In this document: positions 19,225 through 28,979 of the stretch, in pieces
Layout: every line of letters begins with the position of its first letter
Position numbering within the stretch: the stretch's first letter is position 1
Assembly (NCBI GenBank): GCA_040901675.1
Contig: JBBDYJ010000025.1
Location: 63,943-127,942, forward strand
Source of the DNA: Pirellulales bacterium
GTDB taxonomy: Bacteria; Planctomycetota; Planctomycetia; Pirellulales; JAICIG01
Direction: 5' to 3'
Length of the DNA stretch: 64,000 bases
Notes under the pieces: model-generated
What the model saw: the letters and a program-made list of their open reading frames with translations, nothing else
Told to the model about the DNA's origin: nothing
Database searches by the model: none
Translations under genes and position numbers: made by a program

Positions 19225-21090
19225 TTACTCCTCCTTCGCCCTTCCTCCTTCCTCCTTTTCCGAGAGGAGGACACCGCCCGCCACGTCCGGCTCGGCCGGC
19301 AGAGCGCCGTAGTAGCCGATCATCATCTCTTCGAACGTCTGGTCGCCCCAGCGGACGGTCTGGGTCGCGTCGGGGTTCGACGGGTTGCTCTGGGAGTTGT
19401 CGAAATGGGCCGTGCACAAAAGGAGCGTCCCCTCCGGCAGCAGCTTCGGCTCGGCCAGCTCGTAGCGCAACTGCCAGTTGAAGTCGTACCGCGGGATGTC
19501 CAACAGGATCTCGCGCCGGCCGTCGGGATACTCGGCCTCGTAGCGGAACGACTTGCCGCGGAGGTGCATGTGGGGAGTGAGCGTCAAGAGCCGCAGGTCG
19601 CGGGTCAGCCGCTGCTCGCTGCGGACCTCGTGGTTGTCCGCTCCGGGCGGAATCTCGAAGTTGCGGTTGGGGATCATGCCGCCCCTGACCCGCTGGGTTA
19701 CCGTGGCCGGGTCGGCGAACACCAGGCCCACGTAGCTGCGGTCATTCTGGGGGGAGCCGTTGGGCGTGTAGTGCATCTGGAAGACCATCTTCGAACCGGC
19801 CGCGATGAACTGGGCCGCCCCGGCCGGATATCGCACGGGGGGCATGCCCGGCGCGTATCCGACCATCGCGCCGCGGATGCCGCTGCCCAGCTTTGCGCCG
19901 GGCGGAATGAAGAAGGCCACAATGTGGTGCACCACCGAGCGGTTGTCGGGGCGGGCCTCGGCCGCCCTCAGCCAGCGATCCTCGGTAAACCCCGGGTCGA
20001 CCACGTAATACTGGTAGGCGACCACTCCCTCGGCCTGCACGCTGACCGGTTCGTCGCCCAGGTAGACCACCTGGTCCGGCTCGGGAATCTGCCAGCCCTC
20101 GATGTATTGCTTTGGCTCGGGCAATTGGGCCCGGTCGCCCTCGGGGCAGCCGCCGTCGACCCACTGGTAGACGAGCTGCCGTTCCTCGTCGCTTAGGCGG
20201 GCGTCGTTGGCAAAGCTGCCGTGGGCCGGGTCGGCGAACCAGGGAGGCATTCTTCCCTGCTGGACCACTTCGCGGATCGTGTCGGCCCAGCCGACTACCT
20301 CGTCGTAGCTGGTAAGCGGAAACGGCGCGATCTCGCCCGGCCGATGACAGCGGACGCAGCGGGCCTCGAGCAGCCGCGCCACCTGATTCGAATAGGTTAC
20401 GTCTCCGGTGGCCTGGCGCTTGTAGGCCCGCCCGATGAAGCAACCCTCGGCGGGCGTTTCGGGCACGCTTACCTCTTTTCCGGCCAGAAGCTCGTCGATG
20501 GCCTCGGCCAGGTCGCGGCGGCTCGCGGCCGCCCGCTTGACGCCGACGGCGAACTGGTCGTCGATCCGCCCCCGGTAACGAATGACGCGCTCGTGGTCCA
20601 GCACGAAGACTTCGGGCGTGCGGATGGCGCCCACCTGGTCGGCCAACTCATTACCGGCATCCTTGAGCACGGGAAACTCGATGCCGTGGATGCGGGCATA
20701 CGTGGCCAGCTCGGTCAAGGAGTCCTGCCGGTTGGAGTTGATCGCCAGAAATGTCACCTGCCGGCCAGAAAACTCCTCGGCGAGCTGAGCCAGGCGGGGC
20801 GAGTACAATCGCGCCAGCGGGCACTGGCAGCCCGTGAAGGCCAGCACCACCACCTTACTTTCGGCGTAGTCGGCCAGCGCGTGGGTCTTGCCTCGGAAGT
20901 CGCGGAGCGAAAAATCGCCCACCCGGCGGCCGATCACCGGCTCGCTCGGCGGGCTGTCCGGCCGGGACTCGTTGGCGGCTCGCTTGGCAGAGGCTTCCTC
21001 ATCGGCGGATGCACGCTTGAAGGCCGGCATGGAACTAGCCACCACGGCCGCGGCGGAAACAATACACAGCACAATACGCGCTACTCTCAT
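19225..21090 (-). CDS. Redoxin-domain protein with CxxCH and a copper monooxygenase-like C-terminal domain
   Basis: GCQCP, RTPEVFVLD..YRGRIDDQ, CVRCH, GRMPPW, VVHH, MHY, PHMHLRGK, EEM. Confidence 0.85.
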   Translation of the reverse strand: MRVARIVLCIVSAAAVVASSMPAFKRASADEEASAKRAANESRPDSPPSEPVIGRRVGDFSLRDFRGKTHALADYAESKVVVLAFTGCQCPLARLYSPRLAQLAEEFSGRQVTFLAINSNRQDSLTELATYARIHGIEFPVLKDAGNELADQVGAIRTPEVFVLDHERVIRYRGRIDDQFAVGVKRAAASRRDLAEAIDELLAGKEVSVPETPAEGCFIGRAYKRQATGDVTYSNQVARLLEARCVRCHRPGEIAPFPLTSYDEVVGWADTIREVVQQGRMPPWFADPAHGSFANDARLSDEERQLVYQWVDGGCPEGDRAQLPEPKQYIEGWQIPEPDQVVYLGDEPVSVQAEGVVAYQYYVVDPGFTEDRWLRAAEARPDNRSVVHHIVAFFIPPGAKLGSGIRGAMVGYAPGMPPVRYPAGAAQFIAAGSKMVFQMHYTPNGSPQNDRSYVGLVFADPATVTQRVRGGMIPNRNFEIPPGADNHEVRSEQRLTRDLRLLTLTPHMHLRGKSFRYEAEYPDGRREILLDIPRYDFNWQLRYELAEPKLLPEGTLLLCTAHFDNSQSNPSNPDATQTVRWGDQTFEEMMIGYYGALPAEPDVAGGVLLSEKEEGGRAKEE

Positions 21091-21279
21091 TACTCAACTC
21101 CCATCCATAGATGCCAGAAACCAGATGGCTGCGCTCAGGATACCAGATGTCGGAGAGCCGAGACCAGCAATGGTAAGGGTGGCGGGAGGCGGGACCTGGG
21201 AGGAGCAGGGGACGGCGGATGGATGAGGCGATGAGGCGATGAGGAGAACAGCACTGCCGGACAAGGCGGGAAGGAGCTT

Positions 21280-21311
21280 CCTCACGTCCCGCGCGCCGGG
21301 ATGAGGGCTAC
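21280..21311. repeat. REP-like family D (CCTCACG...TGAGGGCTAC)
   Basis: Related copies at 32844-32867, 32883-32939 and 53138-53188; more distant copy at about 11558-11587. Confidence 0.7.
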
Positions 21312-21316
21312 TTTTG

Positions 21317-22231
21317 CTAACTAGCGAAGATGCGGTCCATCCGCGCGGCGATGTCCCGCAGCCGGTCGGCGCCGCCGCCGGGGATCTCGGCCGTGCACCA
21401 GCCTTGGAAGCCGATCTCGCGCAAGGCGGCTAGGACCGCCGGCCAGTCGCAGTCGCCTTCCAACAGCTCGACTTCGAATCCCTTCCACAGACCCTCTTCC
21501 TCCTGCTTCTTGCGGCTGTACTCCTTGACGTCGAGCTTGAGGATCCGCGGCCCCAGGATGCGGATCCAGTGCTCGGGCCAGCCATAGCGCAGCACGTTGC
21601 CCACGTCGAAGTAGGCTCCAACCTGGGGCGACTCCAGCTCGTCGATGTACCGCGCGGTCTCCAGCGGGCTGACGAGGAAGTTGTTCCAGACGTTCTCCAA
21701 GCCGATTTTGATCTCCAGCTCGGCGGCCAGCGGCAGGACCTTTTTGATTTCGGCCTGCGAGCGGGTATAGGCGTCGGCGTAAGAGACTTGCTTGTTGACC
21801 ACCGCGGGAACCAGGAGCACGGTGGTGCCGCCATAGAACTTTGCGTCCCGCAGCGCCTCCTCCAGCGCCTTGACTCCCGCCGCGCGGACCGCTTCGTCAG
21901 GGTGCGAGAGCGTGTCGCGCCAGTGTACCGAGTCGACCACGCCGTGGACCGGCAGCCCCGTCTCGTCGCGGGCCCGGATCACTTCGTCCTTGTTCAGGCT
22001 GCTGGGGGCGTCGAGCTCCACGCCGTCGAATCCCAGTTGCTTGAGCAGCTTGAATTTGTCGAGGATCGATCCGTCGGTCTGGACCATCCCCCATTTGACC
22101 GCCTTCTTGTACGGCCGGGCCGACTCATCGGCCCCCGCCCGGGCAACCGCGGTGTGCAGGCCGGTTGCGGCCAGCGCCATGCCGGTTGTCTGCAGAAAAC
22201 TTCTACGGTCGAGCCGGCGGGGGTTGGACAT
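21317..22231 (-). CDS. Tat-exported sugar phosphate isomerase/epimerase (AP endonuclease 2 TIM barrel)
   Basis: RRSFL Tat motif; GFDGVEL, GLENVWN, YFDVGN, AE motifs. Confidence 0.9.
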   Translation of the reverse strand: MSNPRRLDRRSFLQTTGMALAATGLHTAVARAGADESARPYKKAVKWGMVQTDGSILDKFKLLKQLGFDGVELDAPSSLNKDEVIRARDETGLPVHGVVDSVHWRDTLSHPDEAVRAAGVKALEEALRDAKFYGGTTVLLVPAVVNKQVSYADAYTRSQAEIKKVLPLAAELEIKIGLENVWNNFLVSPLETARYIDELESPQVGAYFDVGNVLRYGWPEHWIRILGPRILKLDVKEYSRKKQEEEGLWKGFEVELLEGDCDWPAVLAALREIGFQGWCTAEIPGGGADRLRDIAARMDRIFAS

Positions 22232-22412
22232 TGGTTGCTCCTTGGAATCCAGCGATTATAGTTGTGACACCGAAATCATAAATCGGCCCGTGGCGGGCAG
22301 CAACTTTTTGGAGTCGGAGTTGGGTTGATTGCGTTGTCCGGGGCCTGGCCGGCCATCTTCCCGCGGAGCACGTCGCCGGTCCACGCCCGCCGTTTTTTAA
22401 GGAACCACTTCC

Positions 22413-24749
22413 ATGACGCATGCCTGCCGAACGTCGATATCGCTGGTCGGGTTGTTGTTGGTTGTCACCGGCTCGCCGGCCGCCGAGCCCGTGCCGGGCA
22501 CAGCACCGTTGGAATTGACCGGCGATGCGGCCTCGGCCATGGTCGATGGCATCGACCGCTTCCTGCTCCGCGAAATCGAGGCCTCGGTCGAGCGCCGCGG
22601 CAGGTTCTGGAACCGCGACACTTCGTCGGCCGAAAACTACAACGCCTCGGTCGCGCCCAACCGCTCGCGGCTGGCCAGGATCATCGGCGCCTTCGACCCG
22701 CGTGAGCCGATCGACGGCCTCCAGCTCCTCGAAACCACCAGCCGCCCGGCACTGGTCGGCCGCGGCGAGGGATTTGAAGTCTATGCCGTCCGTTGGCCGG
22801 TGCTCCGGGGAGTTTCGGGCGAGGGATTGTTGCTCAAGCCGACCAAGAGTCCGCCACTGGCCGACGTGGTCGCCATCCCCGACGCCGACCAGACACCCGA
22901 GATGCTGGCCGGCCTGGTGGCGGGCATCGAGCCTGAGTCGCAGTTCGCCCGCCGCCTGGCCGAGAGCGGCTGCCGCGTGGTCGTGCCGGTGTTGATCGAT
23001 CGGGCCGACACGTATTCCGTTCCCGCCGGCGGCGCCCGGCGGACCAACCAGCCGCACCGCGAGTTCGTCTACCGGCCCGCCTTCGAAATGGGCCGCCACA
23101 TCATCGGCTATGAAGTGCAGAAGGTGCTGGCGCTGGCCGACTGGCTGGCGGCCGAGGCCGGCGGCGATCCGACCATCGGCGTCTTCGGCTATGGCGAGGG
23201 AGGCCTGCTGGCCCTCTATGCCGCCGCGCTGGACACGCGGTTCGACGTGGCGGGGGTGAGCGGCTATTTCGATTCACGGCAGAATGTCTGGCAGGAACCG
23301 ATCTACCGCAACGTCTTCGCCCTGCTCGATGAGTTCGGCGATGCTGAACTGGCCAGCCTGGTCGCTCCGCGGGCCCTGGTGGTCGAGAACAACCGCGCGG
23401 TCCAGGTCGATGGACCACCCCAGCCCCGCGACGGCCGCGGCGGAGCGGCACCCGGCCGGCTTGTCCGGCCCGAGTCCGCGAACGTCGCTGCCGAGCTGGC
23501 CCGCGCGGCCGAGCTGGTCAAGGGCCTCCAGCCCCAGCCCACGGTGCACCTGGTCGATGAGGGAGCCGACGCCCCCTTCGGCGGCGCCGAGGCCCTCGAG
23601 AGGTTTCTCACCTCTTTGGCGGCCGGCGCGCGGCTGGCCGCCTTGTCGGCCCCGCCGAGTCACTTGCGCCAGTCGTTCGATCCGCAGCCGCGGTTGAAGC
23701 GGCAGCTCGACGAGATGATCGCCCACACGCAGCACCTGATGCACGAGGGCGAATACACCCGCCGCGAGTTCTGGTCCAAGGCCGACCGCGCCAGCCGCTC
23801 GGTCGAGAAGTGGCAGGAAACCATCCAGCCCTACCGCCAGGTTTTCTACGACGAGGTCATCGGCCGCTTCGACCAGCCGCTGCTGCCGGCCAACCCCAAG
23901 AGCCGCCAGGTCTACGACGAGCCCAAGTACACCGGCTACGAGGTCATGCTCGACGTGTTTCCCGATGTCTTCGCCTATGGCATCCTGCTAGTGCCCAAGG
24001 ATCTCAAGGCGGGCGAGCGGCGGCCGGTCGTCGTCTGCCAGCACGGCCTGGAGGGGCGGCCGCGGGACGTGGCCGACCCCAAGATCAACAATCCGGCCTA
24101 CAACCAGTATGCCGTCCGCCTCGCCGAGCGCGGCTTCATCACGTATTCTCCGCAGAATCCATACATCTTCACCGACCGCTTCCGCAGCCTGCAGCGCAAG
24201 AGCAACCCGCTGCGGAAAACGCTGTTCTCGACCATCGTGCCGCAGCACCAGCAGACGGTCGACTGGCTGGAAACCCTGCCGATGGTCGATCCCGAGCGGA
24301 TCGCCTTCTACGGCCTGTCGTATGGGGGCAAGACGGCCATGCGCGTGCCGGCGATTGTGACCGATTACTGCCTGTCGATCTGCTCGGCCGACTTTAACGA
24401 GTGGATCTGGAAGAACACGTCCACCCGGTCGCCCTACAGCTACGTGGGGACGGGCGAGTACGAGATCTTCGAGTTCGACCTGGGCAACACCTACAACTAC
24501 GCCGAGATGGCCGGCTTGATCGCTCCCCGTCCCTTTATGGTCGAGCGCGGCCAACGCGACCCCGTGGCGCCCGACGAATGGGTGGCGTACGAGTTTGCCA
24601 AGGTGCGGCTCTTGTATGCCGACTTGAAGATCGCCGACCGGGCCACGATCGAGTTCTTCGACGGCCCGCACACCATCCACGGGGCGGGCACGTTCGAGTT
24701 CTTGCACCGGCACCTCAAGTGGCCGGCGCCACCGAAAACCGAGAACTGA
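22413..24749 (+). CDS. Secreted two-domain alpha/beta hydrolase (dienelactone hydrolase-like)
   Basis: Signal peptide; inactive-looking GYGEGG in domain 1; GLSYGG, RD and GPH in domain 2. Confidence 0.85.
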   Translation: MTHACRTSISLVGLLLVVTGSPAAEPVPGTAPLELTGDAASAMVDGIDRFLLREIEASVERRGRFWNRDTSSAENYNASVAPNRSRLARIIGAFDPREPIDGLQLLETTSRPALVGRGEGFEVYAVRWPVLRGVSGEGLLLKPTKSPPLADVVAIPDADQTPEMLAGLVAGIEPESQFARRLAESGCRVVVPVLIDRADTYSVPAGGARRTNQPHREFVYRPAFEMGRHIIGYEVQKVLALADWLAAEAGGDPTIGVFGYGEGGLLALYAAALDTRFDVAGVSGYFDSRQNVWQEPIYRNVFALLDEFGDAELASLVAPRALVVENNRAVQVDGPPQPRDGRGGAAPGRLVRPESANVAAELARAAELVKGLQPQPTVHLVDEGADAPFGGAEALERFLTSLAAGARLAALSAPPSHLRQSFDPQPRLKRQLDEMIAHTQHLMHEGEYTRREFWSKADRASRSVEKWQETIQPYRQVFYDEVIGRFDQPLLPANPKSRQVYDEPKYTGYEVMLDVFPDVFAYGILLVPKDLKAGERRPVVVCQHGLEGRPRDVADPKINNPAYNQYAVRLAERGFITYSPQNPYIFTDRFRSLQRKSNPLRKTLFSTIVPQHQQTVDWLETLPMVDPERIAFYGLSYGGKTAMRVPAIVTDYCLSICSADFNEWIWKNTSTRSPYSYVGTGEYEIFEFDLGNTYNYAEMAGLIAPRPFMVERGQRDPVAPDEWVAYEFAKVRLLYADLKIADRATIEFFDGPHTIHGAGTFEFLHRHLKWPAPPKTEN

Positions 24750-24922
24750 AACGCTCTCGCAGCCGCAGAGCGCCAGCTTGTAGCCGGATTCGCCAGAATT
24801 CGGGCCTCGTCCGTGTGCCACTGCTTCGCAGGACGCCGGCCGCGGCGTCCGAGAAGCAGTGCCGTGCGGCAGCAGTGCTGCGCGGGCCCGTCTCCCCTAC
24901 GCAGTCGCGAGGACTATCCGAT

Positions 24923-25354
24923 TTACCAGAGCCCGAAGACCGAGCCCGATACCGGACGGCGGACGGTGTGTACCGAGCCGGCCTGGCCGCTCCACTGGTA
25001 GGGCCACGTGGGGTGGGCGGTCCAGGCGGCCGAATAGGGGCCGTGCACCGGAGTCGGATTGACGATCGGCCGCGACTTCGACAGGCCGAACCACTTGCGT
25101 GAAGCGATCCGCCGCTGCCGCTCGCGGCTACGGAACTCGGCCTTTTCACGCACGGCCACCCGCGGGTCCGCCCGCCGCCGCAGCTCCTCCTGGTAAAACC
25201 AAACCTCGGCCGTCAGCGGCGGCGCGCCGAGCGAACGATCGACCCCCGCCCGCGCAGTCGGCGTGGCGGCCTGTGGTCTTGTGGGCCGCTGGGCTTGGGC
25301 CGTCGGGACGCCCGTCGCCAGTCCGATAGCAAGCAGCAAGGCAGCTCGTTTCAT
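24923..25354 (-). CDS. Secreted hypothetical protein
   Basis: Signal peptide ending AQA, GGAG RBS, typical codon usage. Confidence 0.7.
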   Translation of the reverse strand: MKRAALLLAIGLATGVPTAQAQRPTRPQAATPTARAGVDRSLGAPPLTAEVWFYQEELRRRADPRVAVREKAEFRSRERQRRIASRKWFGLSKSRPIVNPTPVHGPYSAAWTAHPTWPYQWSGQAGSVHTVRRPVSGSVFGLW

Positions 25355-25440
25355 CGCTCAGCTCCTGGATAGCGTGCACCTATCCATCCGTTTCGGCGTT
25401 TTCACCACCACCGGATTAGCCAGTCTCGCGAGTTGCAGCC

Positions 25441-25610
25441 GGGTGGCTGGGGCAAAGCGATAAGCGTGCCCCAGACTGTAGGCTTGAGGCTGTAGGCCTG
25501 AGACTGTAGGACGAAGTTGCCGGCGGGGTGGCTGGGGCAAAGCGATAAGCGTGCCCCAGTCTTCGTCGTCCCTCTTCCTTCAGCCTCCGGTCTCCAGCCT
25601 TCAGTCTGAC
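25441..25610. repeat. Two family B REPs interleaved with 7-nt-period repeats
   Basis: GGGTGGCTGGGGCAAAGCGATAAGCGTGCCCCAG twice, plus CTGTAGG/CTTGAGG units and their complement. Confidence 0.75.
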
Positions 25611-25611
25611 T

Positions 25612-26583
25612 TTAGGCCAGGCTCTGGGCGCGGAAGAAGCTGCGATAATCGCTGGGGCCGCCCTGCACCACCATCACGTAAAGCCTTCCGCCGGCGGCCC
25701 AGGCGGCCGTGGTGCGGTTGGCGGTCGCCAGGGGGGCGGGCGGCATGGCCGGCAGCCCCGTGAACCGGGGCGCCGTTCCTGGTCCCTCCAGCTTGAGCAC
25801 ATACAGGATGGCCCGCGCGCCGCCGGGGCTCGTAATCTCATAGGCCGCCCCCGGGCGGCCCAGAAATGTGCCCCCGACTTGGCGCCAGCGAACCTGCCCG
25901 GAGGTCTTCACGTTGCGAGGCAGTGCGAACTTCCGCGGCGGCGCATTCTCGGCCGCCAGGGCCCAATCGCCCGCTGCTTCCGGCGGTACGAAGTCGTGGG
26001 CCACCTGCATCACCCGTTCCGGCCCCCAGACCTCCGGCTCCGGCTCCAGCCAGCCCGACAGCAGGAGGACCGCCGCCGCGGCCGCGGCAGTGGCCGCCAG
26101 CCCCGCCAGCAAGCTCCGCCGCCGCAATGGCTGCCGTTGCCGCTTGGTGGCCCGCGCGGATTCAACAGGCAGCCCCGATTGAATCGGCAAGATGTCCGCT
26201 GCTGGTGAAGCGGCGTGCTGTTGAGTCGCGGTCTGCCCCAGGTCCTCTGCGAGGTTCTCGATGATCGGCTCGCCTGTATGTTGCGAATCGCCGCCCCGTT
26301 GAGCATTGGCACCCTGTTGAGCGTCGGCACCCTGTTGAGCATCGGCCGGAGCCTTCAAGCGGTCCAGGATCCGGTCGGCCAGGCCGGCTGGCAGAGGCAC
26401 GTCGTGCATTGCCTGGCTGATGGCGGCGTCGAAGTTGGGCGCTGCGTCGGTCCAGTGGGCATGGCCGGTTTCAGAGACGTCGTGCCCCGCGGCCCAGGGC
26501 TCGTCGAACCGCCGGCGGGCGCCGGTCTTGGGGTCGTGGACCGGTTCGTCGGGTATGGGCTGGCCTGGAAAACGCGCGTCCAT
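25612..26583 (-). CDS. Putative anti-sigma factor (single TM)
   Basis: Directly downstream of an ECF sigma; DVPLPAGLADRIL motif, one TM, internal 18-bp AQQGA(D/N) repeat x3. Confidence 0.6.
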   Translation of the reverse strand: MDARFPGQPIPDEPVHDPKTGARRRFDEPWAAGHDVSETGHAHWTDAAPNFDAAISQAMHDVPLPAGLADRILDRLKAPADAQQGADAQQGANAQRGGDSQHTGEPIIENLAEDLGQTATQQHAASPAADILPIQSGLPVESARATKRQRQPLRRRSLLAGLAATAAAAAAVLLLSGWLEPEPEVWGPERVMQVAHDFVPPEAAGDWALAAENAPPRKFALPRNVKTSGQVRWRQVGGTFLGRPGAAYEITSPGGARAILYVLKLEGPGTAPRFTGLPAMPPAPLATANRTTAAWAAGGRLYVMVVQGGPSDYRSFFRAQSLA

Positions 26584-26589
26584 GGCAGT

Positions 26590-27171
26590 TCAATCTCGCT
26601 CGTGGGTCACCGGGTGACTGGCCATCGAGGGTTGGAAGTCGTGTTCAAACAGTTTGCAGCGCAGGTGGTTCTTGGCACGCGAGAGCCGGCTCATCACGGT
26701 GCCGTCGGGCAGCGACAGCCGCTCGGCAATCTCGCGATACGAGCACTCCTCGAAATAAAATAACAAGAGCACCAGCTTGAACTCGTCGGGCAGCTCGTTG
26801 ATGGCGGCCTGCAGCTTTTCCTGGTCGATCCACGATTCGTCGGGCAGCTCGTCGGGGACGCTGTTCATGTCCATGTCGAGGCTGGCGGCCGTCAACGGCG
26901 ACTGGGTCCGCTTGGTCTTGATGTAGCAATTCCGCAAGATCGCAAACAGCCACGGCCTTCCGCTGGACGAGCTGCGCAACTGGTCCAGCTTGAGCTGTGC
27001 CGAGAGGAATGTCTGCTGTGTCAGGTCCTCGGCGTCCGAGACCGAGCCGGTCAGTCGATAGGCGTATCGATACAGCACGGCGTGGTGCTCGGCGACCAGG
27101 GTGGCAATGTCCAAAACGGGGCCGCCATCCAAAGCTGTTGCGCTGTGCGAAGCCGGTACGCTATCCGCCAT
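26590..27171 (-). CDS. ECF RNA polymerase sigma factor
   Basis: LYRYAYRLTG..DAEDLTQQTF, WLFAILRN, SYREIAERL..GTVMSRLSRA. Confidence 0.93.
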   Translation of the reverse strand: MADSVPASHSATALDGGPVLDIATLVAEHHAVLYRYAYRLTGSVSDAEDLTQQTFLSAQLKLDQLRSSSSGRPWLFAILRNCYIKTKRTQSPLTAASLDMDMNSVPDELPDESWIDQEKLQAAINELPDEFKLVLLLFYFEECSYREIAERLSLPDGTVMSRLSRAKNHLRCKLFEHDFQPSMASHPVTHERD

Positions 27172-27434
27172 GATCCGCCTGACTCGTAAGAGGCTGCAAG
27201 GACGCGGAATATTCCCGATTTTGGCGCGGCCGGGGTGAAAAGATGGCCGAATCGCGCCGTGCCTTCATAAATTCTACCCAGCCGGGAATAAAACCCCAAG
27301 CATTCGGCTCTATTTCAGTGACGCTTTATCGAAACATTGCGGCAGGATCGACCTCCGGGCGATAAGGCGCGAGAGCGAACAGCGGCCTTGCCATGCCGGC
27401 GAGGGACCGCCTTCACCCCACGAAAGGTGTTGAT

Positions 27435-27779
27435 ATGAAGAGACTTGCTTTGTTGGCCATGTTGCTTGGTTTGGGCTTGTTCACCATGGGCTGCGAGAAG
27501 CCGACCGTCATCGACGACGCCGGCACGCCTGCCGGCACCGTTCCCGCCGACACCGGCACCGAACCCGATGACATGGGCACCGACGACACGGGCACCGACG
27601 ACACGGGCACCGACGACATGGGCATCGACGACACGGGCACCGAGCCCACCGACGAGAGCACGACCGATGAAGTGCCGGCCGACGAGACCGCGCCGGCCGA
27701 CGAGACGGATCCGATCGAAGGCGACGAGGCCACCGACGAGCCGACCGAAGACGAAGCCAGCGAAGAGGCCCCCGAGTAG
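27435..27779 (+). CDS. Highly acidic lipoprotein with GTDD(T/M) repeats
   Basis: AAGG RBS, MKRL...TMGC lipobox, 15-bp repeats, Asp/Glu/Thr-rich body. Confidence 0.8.
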   Translation: MKRLALLAMLLGLGLFTMGCEKPTVIDDAGTPAGTVPADTGTEPDDMGTDDTGTDDTGTDDMGIDDTGTEPTDESTTDEVPADETAPADETDPIEGDEATDEPTEDEASEEAPE

Positions 27780-27823
27780 TTCAACTCGTCTTTGCCAGCC
27801 AAGGCCGATTTGGCACGCTGATG

Positions 27824-27853
27824 AGAAAGGGCGCTTCTGCGCCCTTTCTTTTT
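27824..27853 (+). terminator. Rho-independent terminator
   Basis: AGAAAGGGCGC-TTCT-GCGCCCTTTCT followed by a T run, downstream of the lipoprotein. Confidence 0.75.
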
Positions 27854-27994
27854 GCGCCAACCGGGCATTGACAGGCGCGACAGAGGCTTCCCAAGTCCGA
27901 TTCTCCCGGGCACGGGTTTGGTTGCTTGCTGTGCCTCGCCTGATCGCGCATACTCGCACCAGTGCTCGTCGAAACACCTGGTTGGGAGCGAGCG

Positions 27995-28831
27995 ATGACG
28001 TTTCCCCAGACCCGGCTATCGCTGATCCAACGGCTCGCCGTTGGCGATGCCCAGGAGGACTGGGCGGTTTTCTTGCATGATTATTGGGGGCCGGTCTGTC
28101 GGTTCGCGCTGCGTTGGGGCGCCCGTAACCTGGAAGATGCCGAGGACGTAGCGGCCGAGACGTTCCGCGTGCTCTGGGAGAACCGGCTCTTGGCGCGCTG
28201 GACGTCCAATCGATCCGCCAAGCTGCGCACCATGTTGTGCAGCGTGGTGCGCAACCATCTTTCTAACCGAGGGCGCGTCGCAGCGGCCCGCGAGCGCTTG
28301 GCGGAGGCGCCGCGCATCGAAGAGTGGACCAAGGCCAACCCAACAGACGATCTCTTCTACGCCGCCTGGGCGGAAGACGTCGTCGGCAGGGCCGTGGAGT
28401 CGCTCGCCATGGACTACGTGCGAGAGGGCAGGCCCGATTACGTGCGTGTGCTCTACGGCCGCCTGTGCGAAGAATTGACCATCGCCGACGTTGCCGCCGC
28501 GCTGGAGTTGAAGCCGGCCACGGTAGACAATTACTACCGGCATGCTCGCGAGCGGCTATCGCAAGAGCTGGCGGACTTGGTTCGCCAGCAGCTCGAGCAC
28601 TACTGCGAACGGGAAGAGCTGGAGGCAGAATTCGAGCGGGAATGGCACGAACTCGGCCGCCACCTCGCCGAGCACGGCGGGCTGGATATGGCGGTGCGGC
28701 GAGCGCACGAACTGTTGGACCCTCCCCAGGCTGGTCAGCGCCGGCAGGCGGGCATCGATAAGGCTGTCAAAAAGTTGACGGCCATCATGCACGCTTCGGG
28801 CGAGACAAGTTCCAGTGGCACCGAGGGTTAG
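27995..28831 (+). CDS. ECF sigma factor, planctomycete kinase-associated type, with a C-terminal extension
   Basis: FPQTRLSLIQRL N-terminus, YWGPV.RF, DAEDV, KLRTML, region 4 TIADVAAALELKPATVDNY, about 90 aa extension. Confidence 0.8.
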   Translation: MTFPQTRLSLIQRLAVGDAQEDWAVFLHDYWGPVCRFALRWGARNLEDAEDVAAETFRVLWENRLLARWTSNRSAKLRTMLCSVVRNHLSNRGRVAAARERLAEAPRIEEWTKANPTDDLFYAAWAEDVVGRAVESLAMDYVREGRPDYVRVLYGRLCEELTIADVAAALELKPATVDNYYRHARERLSQELADLVRQQLEHYCEREELEAEFEREWHELGRHLAEHGGLDMAVRRAHELLDPPQAGQRRQAGIDKAVKKLTAIMHASGETSSSGTEG

Positions 28832-28979
28832 ACCCGCCCCTGGGCAGCCGGGCGGTAGGCCGCACGGAGCCGGCGGTTCTCGTTTTGGCCAATCCAGCTA
28901 CGAAAACGGGCGGCTTCTTACATTAAGAGGGTGCAGTGATTGGACCAAGCACACCCTAATATTCGCAAAAGAGAATGAC

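Noticed and set aside
27868..27900. TTGACA -35 box upstream of the second ECF gene
   Set aside because: No credible -10 element at 16-18 bp spacing.
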